Assembly: GCA_045593025.1 (NCBI GenBank)
Contig: JAZNVW010000016.1
Location: 44,537-108,536 of the forward strand
Reading direction: 5' to 3'
From: Ruminococcus sp.
Lineage (GTDB): Bacteria > Bacillota > Clostridia > Oscillospirales > Acutalibacteraceae
DNA length: 64,000 nucleotides
Shown: positions 28,395 through 38,502 of the stretch, piece after piece
Layout: the number at the start of each line of letters is the position of its first letter
Position numbering within the stretch: the first letter of the stretch is position 1
Translations under genes and position numbers: made by a program
Notes under the pieces: model-generated
The model's database searches: none
What the model was told of the DNA's origin: nothing
What the model saw: the letters and a program-made list of their open reading frames with translations, nothing else

Positions 28395-30872
28395 TTACTG
28401 AATCTTCAGAGTTTTATTCTCAGCATCCAGTTCATAAGGACTGTCGTATGCTTTATAAATGCAACATTTGCCCGAGGCTCTCTCAATTGCCAGCTTGTGC
28501 AGATATAAAGAGACTGCATCAAGCCTGTCAAAATTCTCTGCTTTTATACGAGCCAAATCAAGATTTGCATCCTTGCTTATTTCTGCCGGCATACCTGCTT
28601 CACACTCAATTTTGGGTGCATACTCATCACACTCTACAAGGCATGGATGAAGTTTCAAAGAAAGTTCCTTTGTCTTGTTTTTACCTGCAAAAGCAAAGGC
28701 ATCAAGCTGTGACTTTGTAGGCAAAGTAAATCCGCCTGTTCGGATAAAGGCGTTCCAGCGTCTGTGTTCAAGCCAGATAAGACGGTAATAAAGGTTTCTT
28801 CGTTCTTCTTGTGAAGGCAGGTTATCAGTCTTTGAAACAAGCTCACTGCAAACCAAACGAAGGTAATTGTTGAACACTTCGGGACTTTCTGATGCATTAT
28901 TGGCACCGTCAAAAACCTTTGACTTGGTTATTGCTCCTGCAGAAAAATATTTATAAGGTATATGCAAACCTCTTGCGATAGATGACCAGTATCCGTACTC
29001 GTCATCCACAAATCTTGTCATTTCCTTTTTGCCGTATACCTTATCTTCAGAGATTCTCTTTATGTATGTCTCGTTAAGCTCCATTGCTGTGCCGTAAGCT
29101 TTGGACATAAACACGTTTTCATAATTATACACATCGGCAAAATTACCGAAAGCATTCATATAAACCTTCTTGTTGTTCTGTTGTAAATTCAAGGTAGTAC
29201 AAACACCCTTGTCAAAAACAACATAGTTTATTACTGCTCTTCTGTTTGTTCTGTCTGTAAGCAAATCTCTGCCGATATACTGTCCGATTTTGTTTGCGAC
29301 AAATATGTTGTTTTCATCAGAACCAATAGCAACCACAAAGTAATCAGAATCGCACAATGCAAATTTATCGCCGTCAAATCTTGCTCTGAGGGCATCATAG
29401 AGGTTGCCTGTCATAACATCTGCCTGCTTATAGCGCAGAGTAAAATAAGGCTTTGCCTGCTCATCGGAATTACAGTAGATGCTTAAAAGTTCCGAAGATG
29501 CTGTTGATGCTTCTGTTTTGAGAATATCTGCATTAATCAGATTAACTCTGTTTCTGAAAGACTCCTCACTCTCCTGAGATACCACATTTATAAACAGGTT
29601 AACGTCAAGCATCTGACCCATCCAGTAAGTTGCAAGAAACATCTGCATACCAATCAGTCCGCTACCGATAACAGTAACGTTCAGAGTTCTGTCCTTTTCG
29701 CCTTCTCTTAAGTTTCTTCCCACCAAGGGCTCATAAAGGGGAACGTCGGAAAGAAGGTTATAAACAAGGTTTTTGTAGCCGTCGATAACTCTGAAAACAG
29801 GAAGCTTTCTGTTGTCTGCACCATATTCATTTTTCAGCTTAGTACTTATTCTGCCAACAAGCTCGTTAGCAGAAGGACTGTTTGAAAACAGGTACACATT
29901 TGAATCCAACAAGCACTCTTCTGCATCACTCTGAGATAACAAAGACATTGTGTGCAGGTTGTTTTCCTGATTCTCGTTCATAATCAGAAAATTAAGTCTT
30001 GTTCCCAACAGTTTGCGCAAGAAGCCTCTTACCTTTATATGGGCAATGTCTTCATCCATACAGAAAGCACCCATAGCCTTTGCTCCTGACAAAAGCTTAA
30101 CCGCCTCTTCGCATTCACAATCAGTATTCACGGAAGCAAAAATAAAAACAGGTTTCTTAATTTTACGTTTAGCTTTTTTGCTTACACTTGCTTTGCTGTC
30201 ATTGTCCTTTGCAAAATCAAAGTACAAATCTTCATCCAGAAGTCTGGATGAAACGATGTTTTTTTCGCCCTTTTCCTTTGCAGATTTGTAATTATTCATA
30301 ATACTCTGTGCAAGGGCAAAGGAGCTTTCGTTAAGCTGTGAAAAAACATAAAACTCATCCCAGAAAGGCAGAAGTCTTAATTTCATTCTGGGGAATATCT
30401 TTGTGAGTATATCAAAGATGATTGCGCCTCCTGCCACAGGTGCCAGCACAGTAACAATAGCCGCGTGAATTCTGTATATCTGTGTAACCCAAGGATATGA
30501 AGAAAAGATGCCCTGCTTCATACTGCGTGCCACAACTACAAACAAATTGTAATCTTCATCAACAGCAAAGGTACGCAAAGTCTGCACCAGACTTCGTACA
30601 ACGGACTCGCCCCAGTGAAGCATCACGGAATTATCTCCGATTGAATCTATAAAACCTGCATCGGAAACACCTGCTATAAGTGTATTATTAATATAAACTC
30701 CTGTTGCAAGTCTCAGAAGAAAAATAGAAACAAACAAGCCTGCAGAGAAAATAAGCAGATTTGTACTCACAGACATCTCTTTATTCTTTGTAAAGAAAAC
30801 TAAGGTCAGCACCGTACAAAATGCAAACACCAGCCAGGACGAAAGAAGCAGAACAAAAATCGTACTTGCCAT
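28395..30872 (-). CDS. polytopic membrane protein with a Rossmann-like (TrkA_N-type) segment and a C-terminal RyR-like module
   Basis: The ATG at 30872 lies 5 nt after GGAGG. The N-terminus has about 5 hydrophobic helices and a K-rich linker. It carries a glycine-rich dinucleotide-fold motif NVTVIGSGLIGMQ. The C-terminus (LIWLEHRRWNAFIRTGGF...LKLHPCLVECDE) echoes the EHxRW...hP.LV core of RyR repeats. Confidence 0.6.
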   Translation of the reverse strand: MASTIFVLLLSSWLVFAFCTVLTLVFFTKNKEMSVSTNLLIFSAGLFVSIFLLRLATGVYINNTLIAGVSDAGFIDSIGDNSVMLHWGESVVRSLVQTLRTFAVDEDYNLFVVVARSMKQGIFSSYPWVTQIYRIHAAIVTVLAPVAGGAIIFDILTKIFPRMKLRLLPFWDEFYVFSQLNESSFALAQSIMNNYKSAKEKGEKNIVSSRLLDEDLYFDFAKDNDSKASVSKKAKRKIKKPVFIFASVNTDCECEEAVKLLSGAKAMGAFCMDEDIAHIKVRGFLRKLLGTRLNFLIMNENQENNLHTMSLLSQSDAEECLLDSNVYLFSNSPSANELVGRISTKLKNEYGADNRKLPVFRVIDGYKNLVYNLLSDVPLYEPLVGRNLREGEKDRTLNVTVIGSGLIGMQMFLATYWMGQMLDVNLFINVVSQESEESFRNRVNLINADILKTEASTASSELLSIYCNSDEQAKPYFTLRYKQADVMTGNLYDALRARFDGDKFALCDSDYFVVAIGSDENNIFVANKIGQYIGRDLLTDRTNRRAVINYVVFDKGVCTTLNLQQNNKKVYMNAFGNFADVYNYENVFMSKAYGTAMELNETYIKRISEDKVYGKKEMTRFVDDEYGYWSSIARGLHIPYKYFSAGAITKSKVFDGANNASESPEVFNNYLRLVCSELVSKTDNLPSQEERRNLYYRLIWLEHRRWNAFIRTGGFTLPTKSQLDAFAFAGKNKTKELSLKLHPCLVECDEYAPKIECEAGMPAEISKDANLDLARIKAENFDRLDAVSLYLHKLAIERASGKCCIYKAYDSPYELDAENKTLKIQ

Positions 30873-30890
30873 AAAATCCTCCAAAAATTA

Positions 30891-33800
30891 TTAGTCAACA
30901 GAATCAAAGACCTCTTTAATCTCCGCTCCTGTAAGCTGACTGCGCTCAAGCAAAGCATTAACCAAAGCATCTATCTTTGCTTTGTTTTCAAGCATTATTG
31001 CCATTGTGTTGTCCAGTTCAGTCTTAAGCACGCTGTTGACAGCTTTTCTCACGTCATCTCCAAGCTGTGTCATATCCACTTGGTTTACGTCCATTACCGA
31101 AAGACCGAATTCCTCACTCATACCCCAGGAACATATCATATGCATAGCATAATAAGTGGCTGTTCTCAAATCAGAGGAAGGACCTGTGGAAACTCCGTCC
31201 TCTTCCCCATAATACATAAGCTCAGCACAACGCCCGGCAAGAGAAGTACGGATATTATTGATAACATCTTTTTTGGTATTAACCATTTTATCCTCGTTAT
31301 CATCGTGCATCATATATCCGCCGTGATTGCCGCGGGACACAATGGTAACATAAGAGGGGGTTTCTCCTGAAAGGTAGCACAGCAGGGTGTGTCCTGCCTC
31401 GTGTCTTGCAGTACGCAGTACAGATTCCTCGCTGTACTTTTTACTGTCACCGCTGTTAAATTCCTCAAAAGCCTCATCCAGAACTTCATCGGTAATTTTT
31501 CGCTTACCTTCTCTGAGCGCAGAACGAAGCGAAAGTTCCAGCACAGAGTCAAGATTAGCAAGGCTCTGTCCCATTGAACGCACAGCAATATTCTTTATAG
31601 TTTCCTCACTGATTTCAAAGAGAGGATTCTTTGCAATTTTTGCTCTGAGGTGCTCTTCACGGCTGTCCTTAGAAGGCAAACCAATATAAATCCGTCTGTC
31701 AAAACGTCTCATAAGAGCAGGGTCTAAGCTCTTGGCATTTCCCGAAACAACATCAAAGTTTGTCGCCGCAAGAACAAACACAGGCTTTGAAGAATCTGTT
31801 CTGAAGCCGTCCATCTCTGTGAGGAAAGCAGTCAGAGTTGCTTCACGCTCAGGGTCGGAGTAGCCTGTCCGCTCCTTTGCAATAGCATCTATTTCATCAA
31901 TAAAGATAATGGCAGGAGCGTACTTTCTTGCAAGTGCAAACAGCTCGTGCACCGCCTGTTTGCCTGCACCCATACTGCCCTTTAAGAAGTCATTGCCTTC
32001 CTGAGAAATAAAGGTAACATCAGATTCTCCTGCAGTAGCCTTGGCAAGAAGAGTTTTACCTGTGCCCGGAGGGCCGTACAGAATAATACCCTTGGGTGCT
32101 TTAATTCCTGTACCTGCATACTTTCTGGGATTCTTCATATAATCAATGAAGAACTGCAACTCCTCTTTGGCATCCTCGGCACCGCGTACATCAGAGAATT
32201 TCACATCAGGCTTGGACAGTCTTCCCATAATGCTGTCCCTGTCCTCTGCGTCAACTGCAGTATCCATATACAAATCAAAGAGCCTTATTACAGCTTTCTT
32301 ACCGTCTGCAGATATTGTCTGTCCTGTGGAGAACTTAATCATCTTGTTGGCTCTTGCAAGTTCTTTGAGAGTATACTGATAATGAATCTGGCTCTGCACC
32401 ATATTAAGCTGAGCTCTCAAAGCATCTGCATCATCAATATTTTCAATAATACCCTTACTGCCTTCTTTGTTGAGAGAAACAACCTCCTCTAAACTGAGAG
32501 GGTTTGAAGGAAGTTGCAGAACAAAAACAGGAATGTCTGTCTCCTTGGTAACATATCTAAACAAAGCTCTGCCGTCTGTTTCCATATCCTCAACATTGAG
32601 GTAATCTGTGATTTTCTGAGTAGCACCGAAATAAAAATCACAGATACAGGCACTTATTTTATTCTCCTTTATAATTTTTACTGCTTCTTCATAACCGCAG
32701 GCAGTATGTACAACCAAGTTATCCGACGCAGACTTAATCAAATCGGAAGTTTTGCTGTCTGCATATACAAGAAGCTCTACATCCGATGATGCTTCATACA
32801 TAGCCTCAATCTCAGGTTTGTCATCGGGAACTTCAACCTCAATGCTGATGCTCTCAATGTCCGCAACGCTATGCTGTGAATTTTCTGTTCCGATAAGTCT
32901 TAAAAGTTCAAAGAACTCGTTATCAAAGAAGGCTTTTGAGCGACTGCTGACAGAACGTGCGTCTGCGAGCCCTCCCTCGGAATAAAGTATTGAAGGATAC
33001 AATCTTTCGTCTATAGTTATAGAGTATCCGAACTTTTCTTTCACTTCTTCAACGTGGGTTTCAATATTCCTCTTTGCAAGCTTAATCAAATCACAGGCAC
33101 TCATATGATTAAACATAATAACATTGCCTGTTGCAAAACGGGAACATATAGCCGCAGGGAAGAAAGGCTCCTTGGTGTTGGGGTCAATGTCATTTTTCAA
33201 AGCATTAATAATAACCTTGGGTGAAACGTCTGAGAAAACTGTCTGCTCAGAATTTTCATACAAAGGTCTGCCTGCGTTGGTGGTAAATATAATTATTGCA
33301 TCCTTAAAGGACACATATTTCCTTGTTTTCTGGTCAAGACATCTGCCTGCATCCAGAATCTGCAGAAATTGATGTATAACCTTAAGGTGTGCTTTTTCAA
33401 TCTCATCGAAAAGGATAATACACTTAGGATGCTTATCCACAAATTCTGTCAACTGTCCCTGCTGTGCACCCTTATACACATCATCAGAACCGCAAAGTCC
33501 CACCAGAGAATCCTCATCGGAATAATCACTCATATCAAAACGCTTATAAGCTTCTCTGTCATACCCCAGATGTTCTCTGAGCTGTTCTGCAACAAAGGTT
33601 TTACCTACTCCGGGAGGTCCTGCAAAAAGAAAAGTTGCACGGGGTCTGCGGCGGTCCTTTTCCGTCATATCAGAAATCACAGCCTTAAAAAGCCCCTGTA
33701 TAACAGAATTTACTGCGTGGTCCTGTCCGAAAACACAGGAAAGAAGCTTTTTTCTTACCTTTTTCAGGTTTTCAAGTTCCCTTGCAAGCTGAACTCTGGG

Positions 33801-34379
33801 AGGCTCTGAATCCTTGTGTTCCTGCACAGAAACAGGCTGTGCTCCTTTAGCTTTATCAAAGACAAATACAGCGTCCGAATCAAGCTCGCCATCTTTGTTT
33901 GAACTGACTTCGCCCGAAGAAGACTTGTCATCCTGATGAGTTTCTGATTCAACACAGATTTCTTTACCTGTCACAAAGCATTCAATTAAATCAGTAGGCT
34001 TCTGGAGTATACAATCAATGAGTGTATCTGCTGTAATCAGCTCTTTGCCCTTCTCTGAAGCTGACTTGTTTGCACGAGACACAAGAATCTGATACTGTAT
34101 TGTTGCATCAAAGTCATTGCAAGGTTTATTCGCAACTGCAGTTGCAAGCTGAGAAATCCTCTCTGAAACATTACCCTCAAAAGGCTTAACCAGTGCTTTC
34201 AGAGCTTCAAATTCCTCTTGTAAAAACTTCTCCTTTATACAATCGCCGTTCATCGCATAAAAAGCGTTCAGAATAACAACCGAAAAAATATCCTCAACGG
34301 TTGCAACAGAGCCACCCCTTGCACCGGCAATCTCCTTTGCCTTATCCAATGCATATTCTAAGAAAGGACTAAAATTCAT
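30891..34379 (-). CDS. soluble chimeric AAA+ protease: Clp_N-like N-domain + ClpA/B D2-type AAA + receiver-like insert + FtsH-type AAA + M41 metallopeptidase
   Basis: The ATG at 34379 follows GGGTGG. First Walker A is FLFAGPPGVGKTF with ILFDEIEKAH and FTTNAG (AAA_2 type). Second module is ILYGPPGTGKTLLAKA, IIFIDEIDA, LDPALMRRFDR (FtsH type). A zinc site ARHEAGHTLL (HExxH) follows. No TM helix is seen. Confidence 0.75.
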   Translation of the reverse strand: MNFSPFLEYALDKAKEIAGARGGSVATVEDIFSVVILNAFYAMNGDCIKEKFLQEEFEALKALVKPFEGNVSERISQLATAVANKPCNDFDATIQYQILVSRANKSASEKGKELITADTLIDCILQKPTDLIECFVTGKEICVESETHQDDKSSSGEVSSNKDGELDSDAVFVFDKAKGAQPVSVQEHKDSEPPRVQLARELENLKKVRKKLLSCVFGQDHAVNSVIQGLFKAVISDMTEKDRRRPRATFLFAGPPGVGKTFVAEQLREHLGYDREAYKRFDMSDYSDEDSLVGLCGSDDVYKGAQQGQLTEFVDKHPKCIILFDEIEKAHLKVIHQFLQILDAGRCLDQKTRKYVSFKDAIIIFTTNAGRPLYENSEQTVFSDVSPKVIINALKNDIDPNTKEPFFPAAICSRFATGNVIMFNHMSACDLIKLAKRNIETHVEEVKEKFGYSITIDERLYPSILYSEGGLADARSVSSRSKAFFDNEFFELLRLIGTENSQHSVADIESISIEVEVPDDKPEIEAMYEASSDVELLVYADSKTSDLIKSASDNLVVHTACGYEEAVKIIKENKISACICDFYFGATQKITDYLNVEDMETDGRALFRYVTKETDIPVFVLQLPSNPLSLEEVVSLNKEGSKGIIENIDDADALRAQLNMVQSQIHYQYTLKELARANKMIKFSTGQTISADGKKAVIRLFDLYMDTAVDAEDRDSIMGRLSKPDVKFSDVRGAEDAKEELQFFIDYMKNPRKYAGTGIKAPKGIILYGPPGTGKTLLAKATAGESDVTFISQEGNDFLKGSMGAGKQAVHELFALARKYAPAIIFIDEIDAIAKERTGYSDPEREATLTAFLTEMDGFRTDSSKPVFVLAATNFDVVSGNAKSLDPALMRRFDRRIYIGLPSKDSREEHLRAKIAKNPLFEISEETIKNIAVRSMGQSLANLDSVLELSLRSALREGKRKITDEVLDEAFEEFNSGDSKKYSEESVLRTARHEAGHTLLCYLSGETPSYVTIVSRGNHGGYMMHDDNEDKMVNTKKDVINNIRTSLAGRCAELMYYGEEDGVSTGPSSDLRTATYYAMHMICSWGMSEEFGLSVMDVNQVDMTQLGDDVRKAVNSVLKTELDNTMAIMLENKAKIDALVNALLERSQLTGAEIKEVFDSVD

Positions 34380-34530
34380 ACAAACCACCCTTGTTCTCTA
34401 TACTACCTTAATTGTAAAACCATCTGAAATAACATTATGATATACTTGTTAATATTTTACAAAACATACCCTTTATTGTCAACACAGATTAACAGAACAA
34501 TGTAACTTTCAGGGGTTTTGTGTCAAAACA

Positions 34531-34568
34531 AAAACCACATCGGAATTTGACGTATCCGATGTGGCTTT
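34531..34568 (-). terminator. intrinsic terminator after the MATE gene
   Basis: On the minus strand, stem CCACATCGGA/TCCGATGTGG followed by TTTTT. Confidence 0.7.
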
Positions 34569-34570
34569 TA

Positions 34571-35962
34571 TCATTCTGTTTTATTTTTTAGAGGATTCCA
34601 TTTTTCCCTGAGCCAATGCACAAGAAACATTGTAAACAGCAATAAATTATGCAGTATCATACAGCCCCAGGCAGAAACAAGTCCCAAGTCCAGAATCTGA
34701 GTACATACAAAAGTGCCCACAATACGTATTCCCCACATACCTATTATATTGAATATAAAAGGCGTCAGGGTTTTTCCAAGACCTTGAAGCATACCTTCGA
34801 TAACGATTGAAACGCCATAGAAAGGCTCAGACACAGCCACCATTCTCAACACCAATGCACCAAGAATAATAACCTGATTGTCCTGCGAAAACAAACGCAT
34901 CATAGAAGGAGCAAAAACAAACAGCAGACTACCCGAAATAATCATCAGCACTGTCTCAATAAACATAATCATTCGTGCAAGACTGTGAAGACGCCTTGAA
35001 TCCTTTGCACCCAAAGCGTTACCTGCCAGGGTTGCCGCCGCAGTCTGCATTCCGTAGCCGGGTATATAGAAAGCTGACTCAACGGTGTTAGCTATAGTAT
35101 GAGCCGCGGTCGATATTTCTCCCAAAGAATTAATCATCGAAGCAAAGGCAACATAACCAAATGAAGTTGCAAACCTCTGCATCATATTGGGAAGTGCCAC
35201 CCTGAGGCACGGCTTCAGAATTTCTTTATCGGGCTTGATTGAATTGCCCACAGGAGAGATTTCCTTGTGTCTGAACAATGTAACCGTCATTAATATACCG
35301 CCGACAGTAAAGGCGACGGCACTGGCTAACGCCGCACCCTCAACTCCCAGATTTGCTCCCCACAATGTAAATGTGCTGTTAAACACCTTCACCTGACGCA
35401 CAGGATAAATCAACAGCAAATTGAGAATCACATTGATTATGTTTACAAACACACCTACAAGCATAGGTTTTTTAGTATCTCCTGAAGCTCTTAGCACCGT
35501 ACCGAAAATTATACTGGCAGTACGAAAAAGCATAGGCGAATAAAGGATAAAAAAATACCTTGCCGCAAGATGCTGAACATTCCTGTCAACCTGCATCCAC
35601 ACAGGAACAAAAGAGCTAAGCGAAAGAGTAAGTGCTGTAAAGAAAACACCTGCAACAATTACCGCAAGCACCGCCTGAGCTGAAGCTCTGCGGGCAAGCT
35701 CCTTTTTGCCTGCACCCAAGGAACGGGCAATAAAGGAAAGAAAGCCAACCCCCAAAGCAGAAATACTGGAATTAACAAGCCAATTCACCGTAGTGGTAGA
35801 ACCAACCGCAGCGGTAGCCTGTGTACCCAACGCACCCACCATTGCCGTATCTATGTACTGCACCGCCGTATGCATAAGCTCCTCAAGCATAGTAGGCCAG
35901 GCAAGAAGAAAAATTGTTCCTATCATACCCCATTCAATTTTAAGCTTTACTTTCTTAGTCAT
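34571..35962 (-). CDS. MATE-family efflux transporter
   Basis: 463 aa with 12 TM segments. The N-terminal WPTMLEELMHTAVQYIDTAMVG motif is typical of MATE/NorM transporters. Confidence 0.9.
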   Translation of the reverse strand: MTKKVKLKIEWGMIGTIFLLAWPTMLEELMHTAVQYIDTAMVGALGTQATAAVGSTTTVNWLVNSSISALGVGFLSFIARSLGAGKKELARRASAQAVLAVIVAGVFFTALTLSLSSFVPVWMQVDRNVQHLAARYFFILYSPMLFRTASIIFGTVLRASGDTKKPMLVGVFVNIINVILNLLLIYPVRQVKVFNSTFTLWGANLGVEGAALASAVAFTVGGILMTVTLFRHKEISPVGNSIKPDKEILKPCLRVALPNMMQRFATSFGYVAFASMINSLGEISTAAHTIANTVESAFYIPGYGMQTAAATLAGNALGAKDSRRLHSLARMIMFIETVLMIISGSLLFVFAPSMMRLFSQDNQVIILGALVLRMVAVSEPFYGVSIVIEGMLQGLGKTLTPFIFNIIGMWGIRIVGTFVCTQILDLGLVSAWGCMILHNLLLFTMFLVHWLREKWNPLKNKTE

Positions 35963-36109
35963 AAAAACCTCAAAACATTAATCCCTGTAGAAAAACATCA
36001 CTATAATAGAGTACAAAAATCCCCACCATTTGTCAACCTCAGGCACAAAAACAGCCTGCGTAGAAAATACACAGGCTGTTATAGATGTTTCGCTTGTCAA
36101 AAGATAAAA

Positions 36110-37507
36110 TCAGACAAGACTTTTAATCCAGTTCCAGATTGTAAAGTTATCAGCAAAAGGATAGGTAAATATTCCGATAAAGAATATTATAATAATAACC
36201 GCAGGGAGCACATAGGTAAGATACGGTTTCATCCACTTTTTAAGTTTCAGACCCTTACCTGCATTTGCCTCTGCTATAAAGTTATCAAAGCCCCAACCCT
36301 TGCGGCTTACGCAGAAAAGCACATAACAAAGTGCACCCAGGGGCAAAAAGCAGTTAGATACAAGAAAATCCTCCAAATCCAGAACCGAGGAACCGGAAGC
36401 AAAAGGCTCAAAAGATGACCAAAGGTTAAAGCCCAGAGCACAAGGCAAGGAAAGAACAAGGACTGCTAATCCGCAGATAACACAGGACTTAATTCTTCCC
36501 CAGTTTGTAAGTTCACGGACAGATGCCAGAATATTCTGAAACACGGCAATAACCGTAGACATAGCCGCAAAGAACATAAACAGGAAGAAAAGTGAGCCCC
36601 ACCATCGGCCCCCGAGCATATTGTTAAACACCTTTGCCATTGCCACAAACAGCAGTTTAGGACCTGATGTAGGCTCTACATCGAAGGTAAAGCAAGCAGG
36701 GAAAATAATAAGTCCTGCAGTAATAGCTACAAAAGTATCAAGTACAAGAATGTTTATGCTCTCACCCACAAGTGAGCGTTCTTTGCCTATATAGCTTCCG
36801 AAAATCGCCATCGAACCGATACCCAAACTCAGAGTAAAGAATGCTTGGTTCATAGCACCAACCACAACAGAGCCGTTGATTTTTGAAAGTTCAGGCTTCA
36901 AGTAGAAAGCAAGTCCCTCTTTTGCACCCTCAAGAGTGAAACTGTTCACAGCCAGAACCACCATAAGAGCAAGCAGCAACAGCATCATATACTTGGTAAC
37001 TCGCTCAACTCCGTTTTGCAAACCAAAGGAAAGAACAATAAAACCAAGTACTACAACAATTGCCATAAAGCCAACCATTACAGCAGGACTTGCTTGCATA
37101 TCTGTGAAAAGCTTTGCTGATGCTTCATTCGTAATACCTGTCATTTTACCGCTTAAGAAGCTTACAAAGTAATAAAGTATCCACCCTGAAACAGATGTAT
37201 AAAACATCATAAGCAAGATATTTGCAATCAACGTAGCATATCCGTGAATATGCCATTTCTGACCGGGCTTTTCAAGTTTCTGATAAAGCATAACAGGGCT
37301 TGCCTGACTTGCTCTGCCCAGTGAAAACTCCATAACCATAACAGGAAGTCCCAGCATAAACAGAAAAATAAGGTAAATCAGTACAAACGCACCGCCACCG
37401 TACTGTCCTGCCATCCAAGGAAACTTCCATACGTTTCCTACACCTATCGCACAGCCTGCACTGAGGAGTATAAATCCAAGTCGGCTGCCTAATCTTTCAC
37501 GCTCCAT
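36110..37507 (-). CDS. sodium-dependent neurotransmitter:sodium symporter (SNF/NSS) family transporter
   Basis: MERERLGSRLGFILLSAGCAIGVGNVWKFPW is the canonical NSS N-terminus. The listed start at 37618 runs through the promoter and terminator, so the ATG at 37507 is preferred. Confidence 0.9.
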   Translation of the reverse strand: MERERLGSRLGFILLSAGCAIGVGNVWKFPWMAGQYGGGAFVLIYLIFLFMLGLPVMVMEFSLGRASQASPVMLYQKLEKPGQKWHIHGYATLIANILLMMFYTSVSGWILYYFVSFLSGKMTGITNEASAKLFTDMQASPAVMVGFMAIVVVLGFIVLSFGLQNGVERVTKYMMLLLLALMVVLAVNSFTLEGAKEGLAFYLKPELSKINGSVVVGAMNQAFFTLSLGIGSMAIFGSYIGKERSLVGESINILVLDTFVAITAGLIIFPACFTFDVEPTSGPKLLFVAMAKVFNNMLGGRWWGSLFFLFMFFAAMSTVIAVFQNILASVRELTNWGRIKSCVICGLAVLVLSLPCALGFNLWSSFEPFASGSSVLDLEDFLVSNCFLPLGALCYVLFCVSRKGWGFDNFIAEANAGKGLKLKKWMKPYLTYVLPAVIIIIFFIGIFTYPFADNFTIWNWIKSLV

Positions 37508-37535
37508 AAAATCACCTGATAAAATAGATATAATG

Positions 37536-37564
37536 ATTTTATCAAATCGCAGGCTCATAGTCAA
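37536..37564 (-). promoter_or_regulatory. sigma-A-type promoter for the SNF transporter
   Basis: On the minus strand: TTGACT, a 17-nt spacer, then TAAAAT. Confidence 0.5.
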
Positions 37565-37570
37565 TGGAAA

Positions 37571-37606
37571 GAAAAAATAAAACTCAGATATCGTAATCTG
37601 AGTTTT
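37571..37606 (-). terminator. intrinsic terminator
   Basis: On the minus strand, 10-bp stem AAAACTCAGA/TCTGAGTTTT followed by a T-run. Confidence 0.7.
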
Positions 37607-37633
37607 ACTGAAAAACACCTTATAAAAAACGTA

Positions 37634-38158
37634 TTAAGCTAAGGCACGATTATTACGGACAATAAGTTCCCTGCAATCTTCCCACGAGCCCTCAGTGAAT
37701 CTTGATTTATACACACGAATAGTCGTTTTTGCTTTAAGCCTGAGAGAAACCAAATCATTGTTTTCCTCAATAGCTACAATATCAGAGTAATCGTATGTCA
37801 TCATTGTCTTTTCTTCTTTAAGAACGATTACATCCTCCTCAAACAAAATAGTCCTTATCCAAGTATCCTTACCATATGTCTGACAAAGGATTTTATATTG
37901 GCGTTTCGTAATTAAAGCAGGAAAAATAAACGCCCGATACAAGCAAAACAAAGCTGTCCAAACAAAAAAGAATGCGTAAAGATACATCGCTACGTATAAA
38001 GACAATGAACCAAGTACTACGCAAGCACCTGCCAACACACACCAAATAATAAAAATTACAAGACGCCTGCCTCTATATCGTCCCTCTTTCTCCCATTGTT
38101 TAAGAATTCTATAACTGATCTGATACTCGTTTTTCAAAATAATCACCCTTAAAAACAC
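37634..38158 (-). CDS. YcxB-like membrane protein (hypothetical)
   Basis: 174 aa with two N-terminal TM helices and a beta-rich C-terminus, resembling the YcxB/DUF family. The start codon is uncertain (GTG at 38158 or downstream). Confidence 0.45.
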   Translation of the reverse strand: MFLRVIILKNEYQISYRILKQWEKEGRYRGRRLVIFIIWCVLAGACVVLGSLSLYVAMYLYAFFFVWTALFCLYRAFIFPALITKRQYKILCQTYGKDTWIRTILFEEDVIVLKEEKTMMTYDYSDIVAIEENNDLVSLRLKAKTTIRVYKSRFTEGSWEDCRELIVRNNRALA

Positions 38159-38225
38159 AGAAATTATTTTCTATTATAGTATATATCAAGCAATAGTCGA
38201 ATGCAATAGTTTATCTAAAAATAAA

Positions 38226-38312
38226 ACACAAAAAAGCACACATCCAAATGGATGTGTGCCACATGGCTCCCACAGCCCATATCGAACCAACGACAACTTC
38301 TCTTGCAGTGCC
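38226..38312 (-). pseudogene. degenerate tRNA 3'-remnant with its own terminator hairpin (older copy of the 38503-38593 unit)
   Basis: The minus strand reads GGCACT..AGTTGTCGTTGGTTCGAtatgggctgTGGGAGCCA, followed by hairpin GCACACATCC/GGATGTGTGC and a T-run. The anticodon arm is deleted and the T-stem cannot pair. Confidence 0.55.
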
Positions 38313-38502
38313 TAAAATCGCAATTATATGTTAATTAAATCTTAGGTATTCACCATCTCAGAAATCCATATCAGCAAAACAACATTTGCGATTATGACCG
38401 CTGCGCCTTTTCGCCCTCCCTGTATCCGCCACTGGCGGCGGTCTGGCTCAACGCAGTTAACAGCATCGTCTGTTAACAAACACATAAAATACAACATAAC
38501 GC

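Noticed and set aside
33369-33809. 146-aa plus-strand ORF inside the AAA+ protease gene
   Set aside because: It is antisense to clear Walker A/B-encoding sequence and has no translation signals.
35870-36418. 182-aa plus-strand ORF spanning the MATE/SNF intergenic region
   Set aside because: It overlaps the ends of two well-supported minus-strand transporter genes. It is basic and low-complexity and has no RBS.
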